From: Azospirillum sp.
GTDB lineage: Bacteria > Pseudomonadota > Alphaproteobacteria > Azospirillales > Azospirillaceae
DNA length: 64,000 bases
Reading direction: 5' to 3'
Assembly (NCBI RefSeq): GCF_035628975.1
Contig: NZ_DASPIS010000032.1
Span: forward strand, 12,987 to 76,986
Below the pieces are notes generated by a model. The model worked only from the letters and a program-made list of their open reading frames with translations, was not told where the DNA came from and did no database searches. A program made the position numbers and the translations under genes. Of this stretch, positions 9,813 to 18,600 are shown one piece after another (position 1 is the first letter of the stretch; the number at the start of each line of letters is the position of its first letter).

Positions 9813-10220
9813 GTGAAAACCATCCTGCTGGTCGAAGACGAGTTTGGAATCGCCACCGTGCTGGGCTCCATCCTGGAGGAGGAGGGCTATCACGTCCTGG
9901 TGGCGGCCAACGGCCAGCAGGCGCTGAGCCGTCTGGCCGAGGCGCCGGCCGTCCCGGATCTCGTCGTCACGGATTACATGATGCCGCTGCTGGACGGCGT
10001 CGGCCTTGCCCGCGCCTTGCGGGCCGAGGCCGCTTGGCAGAACATCCCCATCATCATGATGAGCGCCGTGCCGGAGGCGGCGGTGAGGCGGGAGTTCGAC
10101 GACTACCGAGCCTTCCTGCGCAAGCCCTTCTCGATCCCGGTCTTCCTCTATCGCGTCACCACCATCCTGGAGGAAGAGCAGGCGGACGCCCCCGCCGCTC
10201 CCTCCGTCCCGGAAACCTAG
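9813..10220 (+). CDS. Single-domain response regulator (receiver only)
   Basis: ILLVEDE, DLVVTDYMMPLLDG, FLRKPF; GTG start. Confidence 0.9.
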   Translation: MKTILLVEDEFGIATVLGSILEEEGYHVLVAANGQQALSRLAEAPAVPDLVVTDYMMPLLDGVGLARALRAEAAWQNIPIIMMSAVPEAAVRREFDDYRAFLRKPFSIPVFLYRVTTILEEEQADAPAAPSVPET

Positions 10221-10323
10221 AGTCCATCAGATGCTTATTGAAGCATCTGATGGACTCTAGGCTTTTGATTTTCCGTGCGATTCACGCTTCAGACGATTCC
10301 GTCTGAACCGATCGCACTCCAAG
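10216..10323. repeat. RIME/REP-like two-hairpin intergenic element overlapping the response-regulator stop codon
   Basis: Perfect 21-bp inverted repeat cctagagtccatcagatgctt-attg-aagcatctgatggactctagg (10216-10261), then a second hairpin gtgcgat..ttcagacg-attc-cgtctgaa..atcgcac. Confidence 0.75.
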
Positions 10324-10341
10324 CCTTCCTTCGGCGGCCGG

Positions 10342-10761
10342 TCAGCCGCCGTGGAAGCCCTTCAGCCGTTCCTCGCCGCGGCCGATGTCGGATTTGAAGT
10401 GTCCCTTGCTGGCGGCTTCCAGGACATCGTCGATGAAGCTCCGGTATTCGTCGGCGGCTTCCCCCGGACTGGTCCCCACCGGCGCGGCCGAGCCGGCATA
10501 GGTGTTGCCGTCGGCGGCGGTGGAGTCGTGAAGGCTGAAGGCGGGGACGAAGATGGTGTCCCCTTCGGGGTTCCCTTCCGCCACATGGTGCGAAGCGCGG
10601 GAGATCTCGACCTGCCCGTCGGCATCGGGGGCGGAGAGGATCTTCACGCCGTGGACGACTGTGGCCTTGCTGCGTGCGTTCGACGCCGCGTCCTGTTCGA
10701 AGGTATGGCGGTCGTAGATGCGTTCGATGCTCGACCGGTCGTTGATGTTGGCTTTGGCCAT
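10342..10761 (-). CDS. Hypothetical acidic protein (139 aa)
   Basis: ATG at 10761 preceded by the purine-rich RBS agggagac; natural composition. Confidence 0.7.
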   Translation of the reverse strand: MAKANINDRSSIERIYDRHTFEQDAASNARSKATVVHGVKILSAPDADGQVEISRASHHVAEGNPEGDTIFVPAFSLHDSTAADGNTYAGSAAPVGTSPGEAADEYRSFIDDVLEAASKGHFKSDIGRGEERLKGFHGG

Positions 10762-10946
10762 GTCTGTCTCCCTGTGGTCGGACTGGGTAACAGCCATGGT
10801 CGCATCCGGTCCCCTGCAATGCCGCATGCCGGAGCGAAAAGTTCGTGGTGCGGAATTTTTGGTATTTCAACTTCAGCCCGCCGCCCGAACGGAAAGCCGC
10901 CTGTGCTGTTGACGGTCCATCGACGGAATTCGAGTGGGAGAGCGAA

Positions 10947-11789
10947 ATGGCCGATCTGCAACGTATCCTCGGGACCATGCTGGCGACCGGGATGGGAGGC
11001 CGCAGCCACGGCGGCATGAACGCCATGGGGTCGGTGCTCGGCAACAGCGGCTTCGGGGCCGGTGCGCCGGGTGGCGCCCTCGGTGCCGCATCGGGGAACC
11101 GCGGCATGGGCGTCGGGTCGGTCGCCGGGCTGGGGGCGCTGGGCTACCTCGCCTTCAAGGCCTTCCAGGAGCGCCAGCGGAACCAGACGGGTGCTGCGGG
11201 CCAAGGCGCGCAACCCGCCGCCCGGCCGGAAGGCAGCCCGTGGGGCGATGCCGGCGGTATCCTGGGCGGCCTGTTCGGCGGCGGTGCCGCCGGTTCCACG
11301 GGGTCTTCCGGAAGCACTCAGGCGAGTGGACAGGGCAGCGGCCAGGGGAGTGGATCGCTGTCCGACCGCCTGTCGCAGGTGTTCCAGACCCGCAGTGCGC
11401 CGCAGGCCGAAGACCGTGACGACGGTGCCTATCCGGCCGTCGCCATGGAGGACCAGCAGGCGCTTCTGCTGATCCGTGCGATGATCGCCGCGGCCAATGC
11501 CGACGGGGAGATCACGCCGGACGAGCGCCGGCACATCCTGGGCACCCTGGACGAGGCCGGGGCCGGAGCGGAGGAACGGCGCATCGTCGAACAGGAACTC
11601 GACCGGCCCCAGCCGCTCGACTCGCTGCTCCAGTCGGTGCGGGATCAGCAGACGGCGGAGCAGGTCTATCTGGCCTCGCGGATGGCGGTGAACGAGCAGT
11701 CGGAAGCGGAGCGCTCCTACCTGCAATACCTCGCGTCCCGGCTGAAGCTCGACCCGCAGCGCGTCCAGCAGATGAATCAGGCGGCTTGA
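10947..11789 (+). CDS. DUF533 / TerB-like family protein
   Basis: Gly-rich N-terminus, LGALGYLAFKAFQ, LLIRAMIAAANADGEI, AEQVYLASRMAV, YLQYLASRLKL. Confidence 0.8.
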   Translation: MADLQRILGTMLATGMGGRSHGGMNAMGSVLGNSGFGAGAPGGALGAASGNRGMGVGSVAGLGALGYLAFKAFQERQRNQTGAAGQGAQPAARPEGSPWGDAGGILGGLFGGGAAGSTGSSGSTQASGQGSGQGSGSLSDRLSQVFQTRSAPQAEDRDDGAYPAVAMEDQQALLLIRAMIAAANADGEITPDERRHILGTLDEAGAGAEERRIVEQELDRPQPLDSLLQSVRDQQTAEQVYLASRMAVNEQSEAERSYLQYLASRLKLDPQRVQQMNQAA

Positions 11790-11826
11790 GGGCAAGCGGC
11801 CTGAAGCACGGTTCCTGTCCCTTCCC

Positions 11827-12294
11827 TCACCTGCGTGGGGGAGGGGGCGGCGCTGCCGCCAGTGCTCCCAACAGCGTCACGGTCGCATCGTCCATCCGGC
11901 CGTCGCACCAGCGGTCCAGCGCCTCATGGTACGGCGAATCCGCCCGTCCGGCGGCCAGCGCGAAGAGCGTCATGGAGGACCGGAACTTCATGTCGTCGGG
12001 CGAGCCGAAGATCTCGTGCAGCGTTCGTCCCTGCACCCCCAGCACCGCGCGTGTCGCCTGTTCCAGCCGGGGTCCAAGCGTTGACTGGGCCAGATATGCC
12101 TGCGCCTCCTCGAGGGAAGCGATGCCGTAGAACTCGGCGGTGGCGGAGCGGCCGAGCCCGCGCAACTGCGGGAAGACGAACCACATCCAATGACTGCGCT
12201 TGCGCCCATTCCGCAACTCGTCAAGCACGGTTGCGAAGACAGGCTCCTGTGCGCTCAGAAATCGCTGGAGGTCGAATGGGTCGTCGGTCCGCAT
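11827..12294 (-). CDS. DUF1810 family protein
   Basis: FDLQRFLSAQ, ELRNGRKRSHWMWFVFPQLRGLGRS, IFGSPDDMKFRSSMTLF. Confidence 0.88.
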   Translation of the reverse strand: MRTDDPFDLQRFLSAQEPVFATVLDELRNGRKRSHWMWFVFPQLRGLGRSATAEFYGIASLEEAQAYLAQSTLGPRLEQATRAVLGVQGRTLHEIFGSPDDMKFRSSMTLFALAAGRADSPYHEALDRWCDGRMDDATVTLLGALAAAPPPPPRR

Positions 12295-12331
12295 GTCGCC
12301 GGTCCTTCTTCCAGGGGCAAGGCAGCGCAGG

Positions 12332-13414
12332 TCAGGCTTGCTCCGCCGCGGGCATGATGTGGCCGGTCAGCAGGGCGCCCAATTCGCCGACATAGCCGTC
12401 CGACCGGGCCGGCCGGGCGGGATCGGAGGTGACGACGACGGTCAGCCCCAGCGACGGCACCAGATACAGCATCTGTCCGCCATAGCCGCGGGCATAGGCG
12501 ATGCGATGGCCATTCGATTCCGCCAGGAACCAGCCATAGCCGTAGGCGTCGCCGGAATAGGGCGACCGGGTCCGCGGCACCCAGGATGCCTGCGCCCAGG
12601 CCGCGCTGACCACGGGACGTCCGTCCCAGACACCGCCCCGGCTCCACATTTCCCCGAAGCGGAACAGGTCCAGCGGCGACAGCACCATGTTGTTGCCGCC
12701 CAGATAGAAGCCCTGCGGATCGCGCGTCCAGCCCGCCAGCTCAATGCCGAGCGGCCGGCCCAGCCACTCCCGCGCCAGAGCCAGCAGGCTGCGTCCGGAG
12801 ACGCGGGCCAGCACCGCGCCCAGGACGTGATAGCTGCCGGTCGAATAGATCATCCGCTCGCCCGGCCCGGCGACGAAGGGGCGGCCGAGCGCATCGGCGA
12901 CCCAATTCCGGCTTTCGATCCAGCGGCCGTAGCCCGGCCCGGAGGTCGGCTCCAGCCCGGCTTGCATGGTGAGAAGCTGCGCGATGGTGATCCCGCCCAC
13001 CCGCGGATCCGCGCCCTTGGGGATCAGCCCCGGCGCCACGTCGCCCAGCGTCGCTTCGACGCCAAGCGGCAGCTTGCGGTCGAGCGCGATGCCGGCCAGG
13101 GAGGCGACGATCGTCTTGGACACCGATTTGACGTTCACGGCGCGCCCGACCGGCGGCCCCCGGAAGGCCTCCGCGGCCAGCACGGTGCCGTGCCGTCCGA
13201 TCACCAGCGCGTGGAGCTGATCAAGGCTCGCTGCCCGGTCGAGCGCGCGGGTCAGCAGCACCGGATCCAGCGTCGGACTTGGGGACTTGCCGGCAGCGGG
13301 AGGCCCGCCAACCGCAGCGGACAGGGAGCGCGGCAGCAGGGAGCCGACGGAAGCGGCAGCGGCGGCGGCGAGGATGGTCCGCCGGTCGATCGTGGATCGG
13401 GGTGTTGGCTCCAT
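12332..13414 (-). CDS. Serine hydrolase (beta-lactamase class C / esterase family) with probable Tat signal
   Basis: RRTILAAAAA twin-arginine leader; SxxK (SVSK), YS motif (MIYSTG), LLTMQAGL, GYGGQ. Confidence 0.85.
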   Translation of the reverse strand: MEPTPRSTIDRRTILAAAAAASVGSLLPRSLSAAVGGPPAAGKSPSPTLDPVLLTRALDRAASLDQLHALVIGRHGTVLAAEAFRGPPVGRAVNVKSVSKTIVASLAGIALDRKLPLGVEATLGDVAPGLIPKGADPRVGGITIAQLLTMQAGLEPTSGPGYGRWIESRNWVADALGRPFVAGPGERMIYSTGSYHVLGAVLARVSGRSLLALAREWLGRPLGIELAGWTRDPQGFYLGGNNMVLSPLDLFRFGEMWSRGGVWDGRPVVSAAWAQASWVPRTRSPYSGDAYGYGWFLAESNGHRIAYARGYGGQMLYLVPSLGLTVVVTSDPARPARSDGYVGELGALLTGHIMPAAEQA

Positions 13415-13990
13415 GCCCAGCCATATGGTCGTGACCTGCTGCAATCCAAGCCTTTGCGGATCGGCACCTGATGGGGCGCAAGGCTTCGATCCCTCTTCGG
13501 ACCCGGTGGCGCTTCGGCAGAATCGTTTAAGGCGGGTAAAGATATTTCCAGGATGAAATAAACAATATCCTTCATGAAATCGAATTCATGCTTGCCATTC
13601 TCCAACAGTGGTAAGTAATAAAAATAATGTGCGGAAGTCCTTCGATTAGGGGCCCCTAATGCCGTGTCGGGTGCAAGAACGACCATGAACGACATTGTTG
13701 CAAAACGGGCGGACTGCCGGCACCGGCAGTGTGGGACTCGAACCGTACGCATTCTCATCGATCGGATAACCAGCCTCGGCAAGGTGGACCCGCGCATGGG
13801 CGCCTGACCCTCGCACCGGACCGGCGCATGCGGCGATGCAATGCCCAATTGCGCATGCACAGTCCGGCTCGGCCGTTCGACCGCGCTCCCTTCGGTGGTC
13901 GTCGGCCCCCTTGTCGGATCTCCCGTCCCGGGGGATGGCTGTAGGCAATATTCGGGTGTCGATGTGGACATGAATTACCGGGAGACGGCA

Positions 13991-15571
13991 ATGTCGCCGC
14001 TGATGCAGGCGACGGCAGGCTTCGATCCGTCTCTGATTCTGGAAATGGCCCAGAAAATTCGCGAGCCACTTTACATCGTCAGGAACCGTGAAGGCCGTCT
14101 GGGAGCTTCGACCCGGCCGCCGGATTTCGCGGCGGAGCGGCTGGAGCCCGTCGCGACCCTGCCGCCGCTTTATCCCGAATGGCTGGGTGATCGCAGTTTC
14201 CAGGAAGCTCACGGCTGCCGCTTTGCCTATGTGGCGGGGGAGATGGCGCGGGGCATCGCCACGCCGGCGATGGCGGTCGCCGCCGCCCGTGCCGGGCTGC
14301 TCGGCTTCTACGGCAGTGCCGGGCTTTCGCCGCAGCGGGTGCAGGAGGGCATCGCCGAAATCCGCGCGGCGCTTTGTCCGCAGGCGCCGGGCTGGGGCGC
14401 CAACCTGATCCACAGTCCCAACGATCCCGCCCTGGAAACCGCGGTCTGCCGCCTGTTCCAGCAGCAGGGGGTGCGGCGCGTCTCGGCATCGGCCTTCATG
14501 GCGCTGACCCCGTCGGTGGTGGAACTGTCCGCCAAGGGGCTGCGCCGCGATCCGGCCACCGGTGCGGTCCGCCGTCTGACCCACATCTTCGCCAAAGTGT
14601 CGCGCGCCGAGGTGGCCCGCCAGTTCATGGCGCCGGCCCCGCAGCGCATGCTGGCCGATCTGGTGGCGCAGGGCATCCTCACCGCCGAAGAAGCCGAACT
14701 TGCCGCCGCCATCCCGGTGGCGGAGGACATCACGGTGGAGGCGGATTCCGGCGGCCACACCGACAATCGTCCGCTGACCGTCCTGTTTCCGATCATCCAG
14801 CGCCTGCGCGACGAGATGGTCGCCGCCCATGGCTATGACCGCAACATCCGCGTCGGTGCCGCCGGCGGGCTGGGGACACCCGCAGCGCTGGCCGGCGCCT
14901 TCGCCATGGGGGCGGCCTATGTCGTCGTCGGATCGGTGAACCAGTCGGCGGCGGAGGCTGGGCAGCCGCTGTCGGTCCGCCGCATGCTGGCCGACCTGTC
15001 CAGCACCGACGTGACGATGGCGCCCGCCGCCGACATGTTCGAGATGGGCGTGAGGGTCCAGGTGATGAAGCGGGGCACCATGTTCCCCTTCCGCGCCCAA
15101 CGCCTGTACGAGCTGTACTGCCGCCATTCCGGCCTGGACGACCTTCCCGCCGCCGAGCGCGCGACCCTCGAAAAGGATGTCTTCCAGGCGCCGCTGGAGG
15201 AGATCTGGCGCCAGACCCGTGAGCATTTCGCCGTCCGCGACCCGGCGGAACTGGCGCGTGCCGAGGCCGATCCCCGCCACCGCATGGCCCTGGTCTTCCG
15301 CTGGTACCTGTTCAACGCCGCCCGCTGGCCGACGCAGGACGACGGCGCGCGCCGCCATGACTTCCAGGTCTGGTGCGGCCCGGCGATGGGCGCCTTCAAC
15401 GACTGGGTGAAGGGCAGCTTCCTGGAAGCGGCGGACAAACGCACGGTCGAACAGATCGCCCGCAACCTGCTGGAAGGGGCCGCCGTGGTGACCCGCGCCC
15501 AGCAGATGCGCACGGCGGGCTTGGCCGTACCGGCCGCGGCCTTCACCTGGGTGCCGCGCCGGCTCGCCTGA
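13991..15571 (+). CDS. pfaD: PfaD/Pfa1-type enoyl-ACP reductase of PUFA-synthase-like PKS
   Basis: LPPLYPEWLGDRSF, AGEMARGIA, EADSGGHTDNRP, RVGAAGGLGTP, GSVNQ, APAADMFEMGV, FQVWCGPAMGAFN; RBS ggag before ATG 13991 (alternative 13970). Confidence 0.92.
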   Translation: MSPLMQATAGFDPSLILEMAQKIREPLYIVRNREGRLGASTRPPDFAAERLEPVATLPPLYPEWLGDRSFQEAHGCRFAYVAGEMARGIATPAMAVAAARAGLLGFYGSAGLSPQRVQEGIAEIRAALCPQAPGWGANLIHSPNDPALETAVCRLFQQQGVRRVSASAFMALTPSVVELSAKGLRRDPATGAVRRLTHIFAKVSRAEVARQFMAPAPQRMLADLVAQGILTAEEAELAAAIPVAEDITVEADSGGHTDNRPLTVLFPIIQRLRDEMVAAHGYDRNIRVGAAGGLGTPAALAGAFAMGAAYVVVGSVNQSAAEAGQPLSVRRMLADLSSTDVTMAPAADMFEMGVRVQVMKRGTMFPFRAQRLYELYCRHSGLDDLPAAERATLEKDVFQAPLEEIWRQTREHFAVRDPAELARAEADPRHRMALVFRWYLFNAARWPTQDDGARRHDFQVWCGPAMGAFNDWVKGSFLEAADKRTVEQIARNLLEGAAVVTRAQQMRTAGLAVPAAAFTWVPRRLA

Positions 15572-15627
15572 TCCAGCCTGACAAGCGCGCTTCCGCCCCA
15601 ATCCCCCTCCGAACATCCGAGACCGCC

Positions 15628-18600
15628 TTGAAGAACCGCCACCCCATCGCGATCGTCGGCATCGGCGCCATGTTTCCGGGTTCCGGCACCACGCACGGCT
15701 TCTGGCGCGACATCCTCGCCGGCCGGGATTGCATCGGCGACGTGCCCGCCACCCATTGGCTGGTTGAGGATTTCTACGACCCCGATCCCTCGGCGCGGGA
15801 CAAGACCTATTGCCGCCGCGGCGCCTTCCTGCCCCCGGCCACGCTGGACCCGCTGGAGTTCGGCATCCCGCCCCAGGCGCTGAGCGCCACCGACACCGCG
15901 CAGCTGTTGGCGCTGATCGTCGCCAAGGAGACGCTGGACGAGGCCTGCCGCACGCAGTTCCGCGACATCGACCGCAGCCGGACCAGCATCGTGCTGGGCG
16001 TGGCGTCCGCCACCGAACTGGTGGGGACCATGGGGGCGCGGCTGCAGCGGCCGGTCTGGGTCAAGGCGCTCCGCGAGGCCGGCCTGCCGGAGGACGAGGT
16101 GACGGCCATCTGCGACCGCATCTCGTCGCAGTATGTGGAATGGCAGGAAAGCAGCTTCCCCGGCGTGCTGGGCAATGTGGTGGCGGGGCGCATCGCCAAC
16201 CGGCTCGACCTGGGCGGCACCAACTGCGTGGTGGATGCCGCCTGCGCCAGTTCGCTGTCGGCTCTGCTGATGGCGATGAACGAGTTGGAGCTGGGCCATT
16301 CCGACATGGTCATCAGCGGCGGTGTCGATGCCCTGAACGACATCTTCATGTACATGTGCTTCAGCAAGACGCCGGCCCTGTCCAAGAGCGGCGATTGCCG
16401 TCCCTTCTCCGATGCGTCGGACGGCACGATCGTCGGCGAGGGGCTGGGCCTGTTCGCCCTGCGCCGGCTGGAGGATGCCGAGCGCGACGGCAACCGCATC
16501 TATGCCGTCATCCGGGGGATCGGGTCCTCGTCCGACGGCCGCGCCACCAGCGTCTATGCCCCGCGGCCGGAGGGGCAGGCGGTGGCCTTGCGCCGGGCCT
16601 ATGCCGATGCCGGCCATGACCCGCGCAGCGTCGAACTGGTCGAGGCCCACGGCACCGGCACCCGCGCCGGCGACCTCGCCGAATTCACCGCGCTGACCCA
16701 GGTGTTCCGGGAAGCCGATGCGGAGGCCGGGGCCTGGTGCGCCATCGGATCGATCAAGTCGCAGATCGGCCACACCAAGGCCGCAGCCGGCTCCGCCGGG
16801 CTGCTGAAGGCGGCGCTGTCGTTGCATCAGAAGGTCCTGCCGCCCACCATCAAGGTCGACCGGCCCGACAGCCGCCTGAAGCTGGAGAGCAGCCCCTTCT
16901 ACCTGAACACCCGTGCCCGGCCCTGGGTGAAGGCGGACGGCCCCCGCCGCGCCTCCGTCAGTTCCTTCGGCTTCGGCGGCAGCAACTATCACGTGGCGCT
17001 GGAGGAGTATACCGGACCGCAAGCCGCGTCCCGCCTGTGGGCGGGCGGCGCGCTGCTGCTGCTGGGGGCCGCCGATGCGCGGTCCCTGGCCGAGGCGGCG
17101 CGTGCCCTTGGTGCCCGCGTGGAGAAGGATGGGCTGGAGGCGGTCGCCCGCGACAGCCAGATCGCCTTCGATCCGCGGTCGCGCCACCGCCTCGCCATCG
17201 TCGCCGCCGATGCCCGGCAGTTCGAGGCGCGCTTGGCGACCGCGCTCAAGCAGACGGGCGCCTTCAGCGCTCCCGGAATCCATCTGGCAGTGGGCGAGGG
17301 TAAGGGCAAGGGTGGGGGCGGCAAAACCGCCTTCCTGTTCCCCGGCCAAGGCAGCCAGTATGTGAGCATGGGCGCCGATCTGGCCGTGGCCTTCGACGAG
17401 GCCCGCGTGGTCTGGGACGGGCAAGCCGCTCTGCCGACCGTGCCGGGCCAGTCGCCGCTGCATCGCGTGGTCTTCCCGCCGCCCGCCTTCACCGGCGAGG
17501 AGGGGGAGGCGCAGGAAGCGGTCCTCACCCGCATGATCCACGCCCAGCCCAGCATCGGCACGGCGAGCCTCGCCCTGCTGGCGGTGCTGGAGCGTGCCGG
17601 AATCCGCGCCGATGCCGTCGCCGGCCACTCCTTCGGCGAGATCACGGCGCTGTGTGCCGCCGGTGTCCTCGACCGCGACACCGCGCTGTCCCTGGCCGCC
17701 GAACGTGCCCGCTGCATGGAAGAGGCCGCATCCGGCAGCGACGGCGCCATGATCGCGGTGGCCGCCGGGCGCGAGCGGGTGGAGCCGCTTCTGCAGGGTC
17801 TGGACGTGGTGCTGGCCAACGACAACGGGCCGGAACAGGTGGTCCTGTCCGGCGCCCGCGCTGCTGTAGAGAATGCCGCGACCCGGCTGGAGGCCGAGGG
17901 GCTGCGGGTGGTCCGGCTGAAGGTCGCCAGCGCCTTCCATTCGCCGGTGGTCGCGCAGGCCGCCGAAACCTTCCGCAGCGTCCTCGACGGCACGGCGTTC
18001 GGGTCCTTCGCGATCCCGGTCTACGCCAACCTCACCGCCGCACCCTACGCCGATGCCGAGGTCCGCGACCTGCTGGCCGGGCAGATCGCCGGCACGGTCC
18101 GCTTCCGCGAGACGGTCGAGGCGCTTTATGCCGACGGTGTCCGGACCTTCGTGGAGGTCGGGCCGGGTTCGGTGCTGAACGGTCTGGTGGCGCAATGCCT
18201 GGGTGGCCGTCCGCATCTGGCGGTTGCCCTGGACCGGCGCGGGGCCCACGGCGTCGCCTCCCTGCTGGACGGCTTGGGCGCGCTGGCGGTCCATGGCGTG
18301 CCCGTCGATTTCCAAGCGCTGTGGACCGGCTTCGCCGAAGAGCGCAAGCCCAAGCCCGCATCGCCCGCCGCCGTCCGCGTCAGCGGCGCCAATTTCGGCA
18401 AGATCTACCCGCCGCCGGGCGGTGCTGCCGCGCTGCCGAAGCCCAATCCGCCCCGCCCCGCCATTGCGCCGCCCGCGCCGACTCCCCTGGCACCGGCTCA
18501 ATCCGCCCCGGTTTACTCCCCGTCCATTGAAGAAGCTCCGATCATGGTCACGAACTCTCCCGCTCCGCAGCCGGCGCCCATCCCCGTCGCGACCGCGCCG

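Noticed and set aside
15373-15627. N-terminal extension of pfaA in the ORF track
   Set aside because: Overlaps pfaD; KS homology starts at KNRHPIAIVG (TTG 15628).
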